A stretch of 64,000 nucleotides of DNA from the human T2T-CHM13v2.0 reference genome, Homo sapiens, in assembly GCF_009914755.1 (NCBI RefSeq), contig NC_060932.1; one strand, written 5' to 3'. Under the pieces are notes generated by a model. It did no database searches, was not told where the DNA came from, and was given only the letters and a program-made list of their open reading frames with translations. Below are positions 40,551-55,351 of this stretch, one piece after another (position 1 is the stretch's first letter; each line of letters starts with the position of its first letter). The position numbers and the translations under genes were made by a program.

Positions 40551-41490
40551 TAAATAATTCAAAAAGCAAAAAATGAAAATCTCATTTAAAACAATGGGCA
40601 AAGGACATAAACAGACATTTCTCAAAAGAATACCTACATGCAGCCAACAAACATGAAAAAATTCTCAATATCACTAATTATTAGAGAAATGCAAATCAAA
40701 ACTACAATGGGATACCATCTCATATCAGTCAAAATGGCTATTGTTAAAAAAATAAAAAATTACAGGTGTTGGTGAGGTTTCAGAGAAAAGGAAATGCTTT
40801 CACACTGTCAGTGGGAATGTAAATTAGTTCGGCCACTGTGGAAAGCAGTTTTGAGATTTCTCAAATAACTAAAAAAACAGAACTACTGTTCAACCCAGCA
40901 ACCCCATTGCTGGGTATATACCCAAAGGAAAATAAATTGTTTTTTCAAAAAGACATGTGCACTTGAATGTTCATTACAGCACTATTGACAATAGGGAAGA
41001 CATGGAATCTACCTAGATGTATATCAGTGTTAGACTGGATAAAGAAAACATGGTACACATCCACCATAGGATACTATGCAGCCATAAAAATGAACAAAGT
41101 CATGTCTTTGCAGCAACATGGATGCAGCTAAAGGCCATTATCCTAAGCAAATTAACAGAGGAACAGAAAACCAAATACTACATGTTCTCACTTATAAGTG
41201 GGAGCTAAACATTGAGTTTAGTTTACACATAGACATAAAAATGGAAACAATAGACACTGGTCACTGGGGACTTCCAGAAGGGGGAGCGTGGGAAGAGGAC
41301 AAGGGTTGAAAAATTACCTGTTGGTTACTATGCTCACTACTGGGTGACACAAACATTTGTACTCCAAACCTCAGTGACGCAATTCATCCATGTAACAAAC
41401 CTGCACATGTACCCACTGAACCTAAAATAAAAACTGAAAGAAAAAAATATATTTTTAGCTGTAGCTGAAAAAAAAAAAAGGAAACAGAAA
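40551..41490 (+). mobile_element. 5'-truncated primate L1 (old L1PA-like) 3' end
   Basis: End of ORF2 (MFSLISGS then stop at 41208), 3'UTR, CATGTAACAAACCTGCACATGTACCC, A-tail; AAACC flanks on both sides. Confidence 0.9.
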
Positions 41491-41673
41491 AAGAAACCGC
41501 CATGCTATTCTTCAAAGTATTTGTGTCATATTACATGTCCAGCATCAGAGAGTGAGAGTTCCAGTTCTCCAGCACTTGGCCTTGTTCTCTCTAACTTCAG
41601 ATATTCTACAGGATGTGTAGTAGTATCTCAATGTGCTTTCGTTTCCAGTTCCTTAGTTACTAATGATGTTTAA

Positions 41674-42092
<419 letters not shown>

Positions 42093-44957
42093 GTTTCTTA
42101 TAATTGGATTTTGAAAACTTTTTTATATATTATAGATACATGTCTTGTATCAGTCATGAAATTTTAAATATATTCTCCAAGACTGTGTATTGTATTTTCA
42201 TTCCCTGAAAAGTCTTAATAGAAGAAAAAAATTGCTAATTTTGATAAAGTCAAAATTTTTAACTTTTCTTTTTCATGAATCATAATTTTGATGCCATCTA
42301 TAAGAAATATTTGCTTGGAACGCATTCATAAAGAATTTCTCCTCTCCTTCTAGTAATTTAAGAATTTTCATTTTTATATTTTGGGACAATTGTCATTTTG
42401 AGTTAACTTTATATATGATGTGAGGTATGGATGGAAGTTTATTTTTGTTGACAAATGGTTATCCACCTGTTCCTGTGAAGAAGCATTATCTTATGTCCAT
42501 TGAATTCCTTTGTACCTTTGATAAAAATCAGTGAAATATATGAGACTATTTATGTACAGTCCATTCTGGTCCATTGAACTGTCTTCACACCAATGCCATA
42601 CTGTCTTGAATACACTGTAGCTTCATGGTAAGTCTTGAGGTCAGATAGGATATACAGTTCAAATTTATTTTTACTTTTAATTGTTTTGGCTATTCTAACT
42701 CTTTAACATTTTCATTCAAATTAACCTATGAATGTTTTCAAACAAGCCTACTATAATTTCAAATGAGTTTCTGTTAAAATTTTGTTGATCAATTTCAGGA
42801 GTATTAAAATTTTCCTAATATTGAGTCCTTGGATTCATAAACACAGTTCATCTCTCCATTGATTTTTGTCTCTTGTATTTGTGTCAGTTAAATTTTTGTA
42901 GTTTTTAATATATAGGTCTTTCACATTTTTCATGGTTTAAGCACTAATAAAATTATACTTGTATATTATAGAAAATGATATTTTATTTTAATTCTGATTA
43001 TTGTTTTTGAATATAAAAGTACAATGGAATTTTATGGGTTTTGTATCTTGTGACCAAATTAATTAGTTCTAGGTCTTTATGTAAATTATAGGATTTTACA
43101 TGTATGATAACATCATTGTGATAGTTTTACTTCTTCCTCTGTAATCTGAATGCCTTTTGTATTTTTCTTGCATTTATTACACAGACTAGAGCTTCCATTA
43201 TAACGATGAATAGAAGTTGTAAGAGCAGATGACCTTGACTTTCTGCTACCATTAAAGGGGAAATGTATAGTTTACGATAAACTATGATGTCAGCAAGAGG
43301 TTTCTCTGAAATGCCCTTTTTTAGATTGAGGAACTTCCAAATGATTCCTAGATTGATGACAGTATTTATCAGGGATGAATTTTTGGATTTATCAAATGTT
43401 TTTTTCTGCATTTATTGAAATTATCATAGTATTTCCCTTCTGTGAGTTTGTTAAATATGATGACATACTAATTCTCAAAGGTTAGAATACTTTCACTTTT
43501 CTGATTCACTTTGTCAGGTTATATTAACACTTGATTTTCTTAAAAAAACAACTTTTGATTCATTGATTCGATTTATTGTTTTTCTATTTTTTATTTTGTT
43601 GATAATTCTTATCTTTATTAACATTTTCTATTTATCATTGGCTTTAAGGAACTTAACTTTTATATGACTTGATGTAGTTTTCTTCATATTTCTAGTACTT
43701 GGGCTTTGCTGAACTTCTTGGCTCTGTTGGTTGATGTTTTTTAATAAAACATGGAAACATTCCCATCATTTTTTCTCAAATATTTTTCTGCCTCTCTTAT
43801 TATCCTTCTAGACCCAAATTGTGCATGTATTTGATCACTTAAACATATCCCATAATTCACATAAGCTATTTACTACTTTTAAGACCCTTTTTAATCCATA
43901 TTTTACTTATATAGTTTCTATTGTTGGACTTTAAGTTAATTAATATAGTTTTATGTTTTGCTTGGTTTTCTGCAGTTTCTAATCTTTTATTTCATAGATT
44001 GTGTTTTTCAGAGCTTTCTTTTTTATGTCTGGAAGTTAAATTTGAACTTTTTTATATTTTCTATATTTATTAATACCATCAATTTTTATATACCTCGTTG
44101 AATATATAAATTTGATTGACAAAAATAATTTCAATGTCTTTGTCTACTGAGTCTATCATATTATTTCTATGTGTGATTTGGTTTATTATTCTCCCAATTA
44201 GTGATCAGATTTCTATGCTTTCTGAATGCCTGATTAATTTTGACTAGAGTTTATATACTGTGAATTTTTTACCTTTATCCTGCTAGCTCCCATATATTTG
44301 TGTATTCACAAAAATGTTATTGAGCTTTGTTCTAAGACACAGATAAATTTCTTGGAAATAGTTTGTTTCCTCTAAGGCTTATTCTAGTCTTTGTACACAG
44401 GACCCAATAACCTAACAATCTGTTGCTAATTTATTTTTGCCACTACTGAGTCAATATCCTTCCAAATAAGAATAGAAAATATTATCCCATTTTTATTAGC
44501 ATTGGGGATTATTTTTTCTGCTTTTTTTGGGTGGTGCTTTCTCTGGCTTTTTTTTTATATATACACTCATATGCTGCTTAGTCTTCAAGTAAAATCTTGA
44601 CAGAGACATCTGGATCTCTCTCTCTCCCTCTTTCTTCTAGTGTGTTTTCCTGCAAACTCTTTGTGCCTCCTGAACTAGGAAGATTCCTAGGCTCCAACTT
44701 TATTTTATCTTCCTGTACTGCAGCGTCAAACCACATTGCAGTTAGTATGCTGGGGGATCATAAGACCATTTCTTTCCTCTTTTTCAGGAAATCTCTCTTG
44801 CAATTCTTAATATCTAAAGTCTGAAAACTAAAGGTTTATTCTTTTATTATTTTTCCAGAATATTTGACTCTTTCAAGCAGTAGAGTATATCCCATATCCC
44901 ATCCCTGTTATTCTACCTTGCCCTGAAAAAAAAAATCACTTTTTGACTTGTAATTTT

Positions 44958-45250
44958 TTTTTTTTTTTTTTGAGACAGAGTCTAGCTCTGTCACCCAGGC
45001 TGGAGTGCAGTGGCGTGATCTCGGCTCACTGCAACCTCCGCCTCCTGGGTCAAGTAACTCTTCTGCCTCAGCCTCCTGAGTAGATGGGACTACAGGCGCG
45101 TGCCACAATGCCCAGCTAATTTTTGTATTTTTAGTGGAGACGGGGTTTCACCATATTGGCCAGGCTGGTCTCGAACTCCTGACCTCATGATCCACCCAAC
45201 TCGGCCTCCCAAAGTGCTGGGATTATAGGCGAGAGCCTCTGTGCCCGGGC
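44958..45250 (-). mobile_element. Alu (AluSc/Sg-like)
   Basis: Antisense Alu; perfect TSD TTTGACTTGTAATTTT on both sides. Confidence 0.95.
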
Positions 45251-47329
45251 TTTGACTTGTAATTTTAAAAACAAAATGTAGAGGTATCAGTTGTTTCAGA
45301 CGTGTTGTATTAATGAGGAAAGTAATAGAGTAAAACTATTGATAATATTTCATGCTTACTATACCATTGATGTACAATATTCCACATACAGTGTTATAAT
45401 TTAGTGGATTTTTTATATATTACTATTTAACCAATGTCACTGGATTCAGAAGTATTTATGTTAAGATGTAAAGGATAAATAAAATATTTTATGATTTAAA
45501 AATATATCAGAAATTTAATCACCTGGTAAACATCAATATAAAGCCAATTGAAACTAACAACATTTTTCTTTGAAAACATAAACCAATGTGCACATGCTGA
45601 AATTGGGAGCAACTTTGTTAAAATTCATCAAAGAAAATGGAAAGAAGAAAAGTTCACTTTAATTCCACTGGGTAATATAAAAATACATTTTTACTGTGAG
45701 ATTATTTGCAAGTTATATTTAAAGATACCATCTCTGTGAATATTTATGTACTGTTAACATGACTCCTCTTCTAGTAGTCAGAAATTTGTGTTCAGCTGTC
45801 ACTCACCGCAGCTACTTCAGACTTTCTGCTTTAAAAAAATCGTTGAACATTTTAGCATCTTTCTTCAAGGACATTCTTTCATAGGATGTCAAGGAGCACC
45901 CTGAAAAAACACAAGATGTAACTTTATGCTTCCTTTTGGAGGAAAGTTACCACCCCATAAAAACTTCAATTACAATTTCCATGATATATTTTGGAGCAGG
46001 CTGGGGTAGGCTTGAGCTTGGATAATGTTTCAAAACCCTATTTCATTTTTTAAAAACACAAATAAAAAAATTGTAATCAGAAATATTAAATAAAATTTCT
46101 AATGCTATGTTTTACTCTTGGGGCAAATTGAGTTACTGTTAATATTGATGAAATTTAGACTTTTCTTTTAAAATAAGTGTTGTACCTACCACACTGGGTT
46201 TCTCAGACCATTTTTAAAACATTTACTATGTTTTTAAGTTTAAAATGTTTTTTTTAATTCACAGAAAATTGGCAGAGATACTGCAGAGAGCTCTCATATG
46301 CTCAACACCCAGTTTCCTTATTATTAGCATTTTAAATTAATATGATTTGTTATAATTAATAAACCAATATTGATACATTATTATTAATGAAAGTCCATAC
46401 TATATTCATATTTCCTTAGTTTTTATCTAATGTCATTTGTATTTTCCAGGATCTCACCTAGAATGCCATATTATATTTAGTTATTTTTCTCTTTAGGATT
46501 GGCCACAACACTTTTTTAGACATTCTTGTTTTTGATAACTTTGACAGTTTTGAGGACGACCAGTCATGTATTTGGAGAATACCCTTTATGGATACCTTCT
46601 CATGTTTAAACTGACTTTTTACGTATTTTTTTTTAAGGAAGATCATGGAGGTAAAATGACATTTTCATTCCATCATATCAGATATATACTGTCAACATGA
46701 TTGATCGCTGATGCTGTTGATCTATCAGCTGTTGAGATAGTGTTTCTTAGTTTTCTTCACTGGAAAGTTATTATTTTCCCATCTTTTTATATTGTACTCT
46801 TTGGAAGAAAGTCACTGTGTGCAGCCCACTTTAAAGGGAAGGCATTACAACCACCACCTGAATATGAGTTTCTACCTAACGTGACTGGTATTTTTCTTGA
46901 TGAGATATTTATTTTCTCCACTTATATTTATTTACTCAATTATTTATTTACAATACTATAAACATATTTTACACCATTAATTTTACACTTTGGGAAATAA
47001 TCTATTATGACATTATTCATTTTGCTACTCAAATTGCGATAGTTTTTATCATTGGGAACCCTTTCCCTTTGTTTCTATGTGCCTTTGATATACCACCATT
47101 ATTGTGTGAAGGTTTTTGTTTCGGTTCGGTTTTTGTTTTGATTTTTTTAAATACTTTCTTACTTTCTAGAACTGCAGGATTCTCCAGGCTCATCTTGTAT
47201 ATTTCATGGCTCAGGCGCTGAATCACCATTTTCTCCATGGAGCACTTGTACCTTGTATTGGAGAATAACATCAGAAATCAAGATTTAGTTGTGTTCTCAA
47301 TTTCTTTAAAGTGTTTTCAGTTTTAAGTC

Positions 47330-47560
47330 GGAGCTTAAATACTGAGTACACATGGACACAAAGAAGGGAACAACAGACACAGAGGCCTGCTTGAGGGTGA
47401 AGAGCGAGAGGAGGATGAGGATCGAAAAACTACCTATTGGGCACTATGCTTATTACTGGGTGACAAAATAATTTGTACACCAAACCCCCGTGACATGGAA
47501 TTTACCTATACAGCAAACCTTCCCATGTATTCCCAAACCTAAAATAAATGTTAAACAAAA
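47330..47560 (+). mobile_element. Short primate L1 3' end
   Basis: CACATGGACACAAAGAAGGGAACAACAGACAC...GTACACCAAACCCCCGTGACATG...CCTAAAATAAATGTT. Confidence 0.85.
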
Positions 47561-49043
47561 ATCTGGGTGCTAGGTGTGCTATTGTTACAAGAAAGTCAAT
47601 GTTTCTAGGCTCTGTTAACTGACAAAGTAAGGAAATACATACGCAAACACTAACTCATGTATACACTACACATTATCTATCATCTATCTAAATTTACATA
47701 AGATGAAACACGAATTGATACCGATTTCTCCAACTCTAATTGAATACCACATATATCATTCTAGTAGTCTCATCTTGCTGGTTTGTTACCTTCCACTGTA
47801 AAAGTGAGAAACCTGCATTGTATAAGAAGACTCTGTTCAGCTTTGAAAGAAACTGTAAAACCATTTTCCAAAGTGGATGTACCAAGTATACAATTTACTC
47901 AATTATTCAACTCAAATGTACATGTACAGGATTGTTAACATATGCCCTGTCGGGACAAGATATGAACTTGTACAGTGCAGAGTTTATGTAAAGATTACAT
48001 TGCCTTCAGTCTTAACAGAATCCACCCTTCTCCAAAGTTACTTAGGTCAGCACCATTTGTGCATTGCCTTCAGGTAGGTTGCTTCATACATTGGTAAATA
48101 CAGTTAGATTCTTTTATCACACTCAACATTTCATCCTGGGATTCCTTGACTTCCTATTTCTTAATAATTTGCATATATCAGCTTTCATGTCCTGTGCTGC
48201 AAGTGCAATAGGTTTTGACAACTGCAAAGTAGTATGAATCCACCATTATGATGTTATACAGAATAATTTCAATGCCCTAAGAAAATGCATGTGCTTCATG
48301 AATTCAACCTCTGCCCAAACCCTTGACAAACACTGCTTTCTTTATAGTTTCTACAGTTTTGCCGATAAATTGCAATCATGTATTAGATAGTCTTTACAGA
48401 ATGCCTTTCTTCATTTAGCAATATTCATTTAAGATTCATCATGACTTGGAATAGCTTGATGGGTTATATCTATTTATTGCTGAATAATATTATACAATAT
48501 ATTTTTCTGTTCCATATTTAAGAATATATTGGTTGTTTCCAGTTTATTGTGATGATGTATAAAGCTGTTGTTAATATCTACATAAAGATTTGTGTGGGGA
48601 CAATTTTTCAAATCACTGGTTAAGTAACTAGGATCACAATGGCCTGATTGTAAAATAAGCCTATGTTCAGCTTTGAAATAAACTGTCAAACCATTTCCAA
48701 AAGTGAATGTAGCAGTTTACATCCCCACCAGCAACAAACGGAGCACTAGTTGTTCTGAATCTACAGCAGTTGATATTGTTTAATTTATTTATTTTTACTT
48801 TAGCTATTCTAATAGGTGTGATGTTATACCTTACAGATTGAATTTGCATTTCAAATAGCAAATAATGTTGATCATCTTTTCATCTGTGTATCCTCTTACC
48901 TGAGGTGTCTATTTAGATCTTTTGCCTATTTTGTAATTGTGTCATTTGTTTAGTTTTAGGTGTTCTTTGTGTATTTTTTATTGTTTAGTTTTAGGTGTTC
49001 TTTGTGTATTTTAGATACAAGTCATTTTGAAAAAAAAAATGAC

Positions 49044-49718
49044 TGTGTCTGGTTGAGGAGATTAACTCCTGGTTCAAAACCTATATGTGATTTTTTAGAC
49101 CTGACCACAGGCAACTACAAAGGCTTTACCTGGCAGGACTCATGGGAATAAACTGCACTCCCACAGACCAGACTGGGTACACAGACAGTTCATTACAGTC
49201 TCTGAAGGGAGTTGCAGTTGAGAACTCAGGGCCTCTTGACTGGTCAGGCTCTTACGGTATTTAAATTCCTAGTGCCTTCATTCCTAGATCTCTTTATCTG
49301 AGGTCTAGGACAGAGAGATCTTCTTCAAGTATCTCTGCTGAGACCTCCTGGAGGAGAAAAAGGTGGGAAAACTTCAAGATATGCTTTTTTTCCCACTTTG
49401 ACTCAGCACCCAGTAATTTGTCACTCCCAGCTCTTCCTCCTCATCCTGCCCCTGACACCAGGGTCTATAAAGCTGCCTGACTCTATTGTTTGCGGCTTCC
49501 TCAACAGGGAAATGATCCACCTCTCTGTGCAACAGAAACCCCTCCACCTGTGTGCCCTTCCATGGGAGGGATGAGACAGAGAGTTGGGGCTTCCTTTGGT
49601 TTTAGACTCCTGCTTATGCCATCACAGTATGTGAATAAAGGCTTAACTCCTTTATTTTTAACTTGTTGCTTTAATTGGATCCTCCAACACTTGCTTTAAT
49701 TGGAGCCTCCTGATGCTA
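49044..49718 (+). mobile_element. Probable ERV solo LTR, family not assigned, inserted in L1
   Basis: More GC-rich block interrupting L1; starts TG; TCTATAAA near 49465; AATAAA near 49635; 3' end uncertain. Confidence 0.5.
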
Positions 49719-52700
49719 GGTTTTCCTTTCTCTTTACAGTGCATTTCAGGGAAACATAGTTATTAATTTCAACAAAGTCCAACTTATCAATTTTTTTTCT
49801 TTTTTTTTCTCTCAGGATTGTTCTTTTGGTGTTGCATTGAAAAACTTGTCACCAAAACCAAGGTCATATAGATTTTCCCTTATGTTTTATTTTATAAGTA
49901 TTATAGTTTTACATTTTACATTTAGGTCTATGAGCCATTTTGAGACAATTATTAAGAATATAAAATGTGTTGGGTCTTTGCACAGGTATTTATTTTTCCT
50001 TTTTGCACATGGATATCCCATTGTTCCAGAAACATTTGTTATAGTCTATTCTTTCTTAATTAAATTGGCTTTCAATCATTGTCAAAAATTAATTGATTGT
50101 ATTTTATTGGTTTATTGCTGGAAATCAATTTTGTCCAATTTACCTATGTTTCTATTCTTTTGTCAATAATATCCTGTTTTGATTCTTATAACTGTAATTA
50201 ATGTAGAAATTGAGTAGTGTGAGTGCTCTTATATTTTTCAGCAATATTGCATAGCTATTCTAGGCATTTTGCCTTTCTATATAAATTTTAGAACCTTTTT
50301 ATTAACATCAATAATAGTTTGCTGGGATTTTGATTACGATTGCATGAAATGCACAGACCAAGCTGGAAAGAAGTGACATTTTAATAATATTAAATCTTTC
50401 AATCCGTGAACATGGAATATTTCTCCATTTATTTAATTATTTGTTGATTTTTTTCACCATATTTTGTAGTTTTCTACAAACAGATTCTGGAGATATTCTA
50501 TTAAATTATGTAAAGATTAGAACTTCCCTCTGCCTCTACTTTCTGGGAGATTTTGTAAAAATTGGTATTATTTTTCTTTAAATGTTTGTTAAAATTCTCT
50601 AGTAAAACCATATGTCTAGTGCTCTCTCTTTTAGAAAATTTGTAATTATTTAATTTGTTTAATATATTTTGAAATATTCAAGCATTATTTCTCCATTTTT
50701 CATTTTTGGTAGTCTTTTAAGAAATTGTTTCATTTTACCTAAGGCAGAAAATTGGTGCCTTTGAGATGTTTGTTGTATTTTTTATTTAAATTTTACTGCC
50801 CGACAGTTGGTAGTGATGGACCCCACTCACTCTGATGTTGTAATTTGGGTCATCTCTCTTTTTTTCTTGATTAGTCTGGATAGAGGTTTTTGAATCATAT
50901 CAATCTTCTTAGAGAAAAAGCTTTAAATTTTTTTTTAATTTTAATTTTGATTTTTGTGAGTACATAGTTGATATATATATTTATGAGATACATGAGATGT
51001 TTTGATACATACATGCATTATGTAATCATCACATTATGGAGAATGGGGTATCCATCCCCTCAAGCATTTATCCTTTGTTTTAAAGAACAAGATTTTGGTT
51101 TCATTTTATTTGTTTTGTATTTCAATATTCTTGATATTTCTCTAATATTAATTTTAATTTTATTCTACTTTCTGACTGCCTAACTCAGTCTTTATTTTCT
51201 AGTTTCTTAGAGACTTGGGTTATTGATTGTAGATCTACCATATTTTCTAATATATTAATTTACTTCAATAAATTTTTCCTAAGCATTGTTTTTCCTACAC
51301 CATACAAATTTTGATACATTTTATTTTTATTTTTTTTACCAGTTTATTGCTGTAGAAGCTCCTGTTCCAGGTAAGTAGATGTTGGCCATGACTCTCTGGA
51401 GTTATCTATCACCCCAGATATTGGATTAAAAGTTTGCCTTGCAAATTCAGTTCTCTGTTGGTCAAAGAAAATTAATTGATTTTAAGTTTTTCCAATTCAT
51501 CTTGTTTTAAAGATAGAAGTCATGACTTCCAAGCTCTTTAAATGTCAGAGCTGAAACTAGAAGGCCACAATTATATATTTTAAGAACATAAAATGTCTCC
51601 CTTATTCCTATTACACAATAGGTTACAAATACCTGTCAGCTATGCTTTCTTCCTTCAGTAAACCTAAATTGGTGTACAACCACTGAGTTCCAGGTACTCA
51701 GCAAGGTGTCTAAGATTTACTAAAGACACAACTTGACCTTTGTTTTCCAGGAGACTTTAAAGCTTTTATTCACCTTTTACATTATACCAAGTAATTTTCA
51801 CAGCTGCAGGGAAGTCACTCTTCATCTTTCCAATTAGAGTTGTTATACTCAAATGGTACTTGCATTTAGTATGTAATTTTATCATTTCACTCCGCTATAA
51901 ATGACAGCTACCCAAGCTACCAGTTAACAATAGAAATAATATGCAGGAGCATCACACTAGAGAAAACTTCAACAAATAAGAGTTAGAGCACAAATAATTG
52001 AACGAGAAGCTTCTGAATTTTTAAAATATTATTCAACGTTATAGAAGTGTTTCTCTTTCATATTTACCTAAGCCCATTCTCTGAGTCATATGTCAGGCAC
52101 TTAATAATAGTTTCTTGTCTCTGGTGCATCTGTAACTGAGTTCCTAATATAGAAGTTATCATCTGGTACAATTATACTACTGATTGCTATAAAGTTCACA
52201 GAAATTTCAGAAAGTCTCTTCAAAAATCCATTATCCTGTGTTGTGTGTTAGATTAATCCTAAGGACTGTATTTTATGTAGTGGATAAATTTGGATTTTAT
52301 AATTAATAGTGACTTTTCCTATAATACATGAAGTGATATTAATGAATAGAATAGATAGTAAAAACAAGATGAAACAAAACAAAATGATAAGAACCTTTAC
52401 ATGTTCAGATTTAAAAAAAGCTTTAGAATTGATTTTGGAATGACATGGTCTACAAGACAGTTTGTTCCGCTGGCAAGTGAATTCAGTTCTATTTTTCCAA
52501 GAACTGAATTCAATTTTGAGTTAAATAGCCCATTTACCTGTGATTTCTCAGAACCTCTGAAACTGTCTCACGTTTTACATCTACACTTTCAACTAGAAAG
52601 AAAAGTTTTGATCTGAGGCAAACAAGATTCAGCTTTAAGTCCAGTTTTATTCCGCTATTTCCATAATTCAGAGGGAATTTAAGTTAAATCTTATAGTCAG

Positions 52701-53925
52701 ACACTCTTTAGATAACTAGCTTAAGACATGCTCTCATTCTCTGAAGTTAGTTCCTTTCTGAAACACTTCTAGCATCATCATTCATATTTCCATTTTGTTG
52801 TTTTACAAATATATCACTTCTCGTAATATATTTTCTTGTGTATCTATGGAAAATTTTAGAAGACGGAAAGTATCTTTTATGATGATTTTGTTTAAATAAA
52901 GCCATTAAAGAGGTATTTTAAGTTAAGCTGTGGTTCATGCCCATCTTCTTTGGAAGAAGTTCAAATTATAGCTTTATTATTTAGTAAATGTGTGACCTTG
53001 ACAACTCACTTAACCTATCATGTTTCAGTTTCTTCATCTGTAAACTAAAAAACTAACAATATACTGTTTAGCTACTAAACACAGTACTTATCAGGTTAAA
53101 TGACTTAATATAAATAAAGTTATCTGAGGGTACTGGTTAAGAGCATGGATTTTTAAAAAGCTAAACCAAGAAAATAGCGCAAGATCTACTTTTAGGCAGA
53201 GATAGATTCCAAATCATATTAACTTTTCTACTTGTGCCTGTAGTAATTGTTTTTCCTCCTACTTAAAAAAAATAAGCCATTAAGCCATTTCTGATTTACA
53301 TAAAATAGTGTCATTCTAGATTGATTTCTTTATTTTTCTCTTAGACACCAAAAACAATGACACCCATCATTGATTCTCTCAGGTCTTATAATGGAAATGG
53401 TCTCCTTTTGCCTCTGGTACAATGATATTTTCTTTACTTGTGTATCATATCACATCTGTTTCATTCAGTCTCTCTTTCTCATTCTCTTTCTCTTCCTCCC
53501 TCCTTTCTTCCTCTTCTCTTTCTCCTTTTCTTTCTCTCCTTGACCCTTAACTCTTTTTCTCCCCACTCAAGCTTCTTGAGTTGTCTATGCTTGTTTGCTA
53601 TGTGTATTTTATTTCTTTCTTTCACCCTTCAACTGACTGTTGTCTGTTTGCATCCCAAAACACAAATTAATGTTGTCCTCCAAGATCTCCACTGACCTTT
53701 TCAATCTTTAAGCTACTTTAAATCTCTGCATTATTTTTCACTGTATGCCATTCATTTCATCCTAATATGTTTTCTAACGGGACAACAACCTTATCTAGTT
53801 AGCTTCAAAGTATTTGAGATTCCACTTCAAAGATGACAATTTCCTTACCTTTTCTATAAATAATCAAGATAATCCTTTCTAGTTCTCTCTTTCCTCCCGC
53901 ATAGCCCACTCTCCTTGGGCAATGC

Positions 53926-55351
53926 TGAGAGGTGACAGCGTGCTGGCAGTCCTCACAGCCCTCACTCGCTCTTGGCGCCTCCTCTGCCTGGGCTTCCACT
54001 ATGGGGGCACTTGAGGAGCCCTTCAGCCCACTGCTGTACTGTGGGAGTCCCTTCCTGGGCTGGCCAAGGCCAGAGCCGGCTCCCTCAGCTTGCAGGGAGG
54101 TGTGGAGGGAGAGGCGCCAGCGGGAACCGGTGCTGCGCGCGGCGCTTGCGGGCCAGCTGGAGTTCCGGGTGGGCGTGGGCTTGGCGGGCCCCGCACTGGG
54201 AGCAGCCGACCGGCCCTGCCGGCCCGGGAAATGAGGGGCTTAGCACCTGGGCCAGCGGCTGCGGAGGGTGTACTGGGTCCCCCAGCAGTGCCAGCCCACC
54301 GGCGCTGCGCTCGATTTCTCACAGGGCCTTAGCTGCCTTCCCGCGGGGCAGGGCTCGGGACCTGCAGCCCGCCATGCCTGAGCCTCCCACCCACTCCATG
54401 GGCTCCTGTGCGGCCCGAGCCTCCCTGATGAGCGCCACCCCCTGCTCCACGGCGCCCAGTCCCATCGACCACCCAAGAGCTGAGGAGTGCGGGCGCCCGG
54501 CGCCGGACTGGTAGGCAGCTCCACCTGCAGCCCTGGTGCGGGATCCACTGGGTGAAGCCAGCTGGGATCCTGAGTCTGGTGGGGACGTGGAGAGTCTTTA
54601 TGTCTAGCTCAGGGATTGTAAATACACCAATTGGCACTCTGTATCTAGCTCAAGGTTTGTAAACACACCAATCAGCACCCTGTGTCTAGCTCAGGGTTTG
54701 TGAATGCACCAATCCACACTCTGTATCTAGCTTCTCTGGTGGGGCCTTGGAGAACCTTTGTGTCCATACTCTGTATCTAACTAATCTGATGGGGACGTGG
54801 AGAACCTTTGTATCTAGCTCAGGGATTGTAAACGCACCAATCAGTGCCCTGTCAAAACAGACCACTGGGCTCTACCAATCAGCAGGACGTGGGTGGGGGC
54901 CAGATAAGAGAATAAAAGCAGGCTGCCCCAACCCGCAGTGGCAACCCGCTCGAGTCCCCTTCCACACTGTGGAAGCTTTGTTCTTTCGCTGTTTGCAGTA
55001 AATCTTGCTACTGCTCACTCTTTGGGACCACACTGCTTTTATGAGCTGTAACACTCACCGCGAAGGTCTGCAGCTTCACTCCTGAAGCCAGCGAGATCAC
55101 GAGCCCATTGGGAGGAACGAACAACTCCAGACGCGCTGCCTTAAGAGCTGTAACGCTCATTGCGAAGGTCTGCAGCCTCACTCCTTAGCCAGCGAGACCA
55201 CGAACCCACCAGAAGAAACTCCGAACACATTGGAACATCGGAAGGAACAAACTCCAGACGCGCCACCTTAAGAGCTGTAACACTCACCGCCAGGGTCCGT
55301 GGCTTCATTCTCTAAGTCAGTAAGACCAAAAACCCACCAATTCTGGACACA
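53926..55351 (+). mobile_element. Solo LTR12 (LTR12C-like, ERV9)
   Basis: Starts TGAGAGGTGACAGCGTGCTGGCAG, ends CCAATTCTGGACACA; perfect 4-bp TSD ATGC; CpG-rich U3; repeated CCAAT/TATCTAGCT units; AATAAAA-type TATA at 54911-54917; U5 tandem repeats. Confidence 0.96.

Larger units (their letters stand above)
46225..51335 (-). mobile_element. Old antisense L1MC/MD-like fragments with nested younger inserts
   Basis: AATAAACCAATATTGATACATTATTATTAATGAAAGTCCATAC, TGGTTGTTTCCAGTTTATTG and AAAACCAAGGTCATATAGATTTTC motifs; boundaries approximate. Confidence 0.7.

Noticed and set aside
53805-55054. Several 60-180 aa ORFs on both strands
   Set aside because: They lie in or overlap the GC-rich LTR12, where stop codons are rare; no protein family resemblance.
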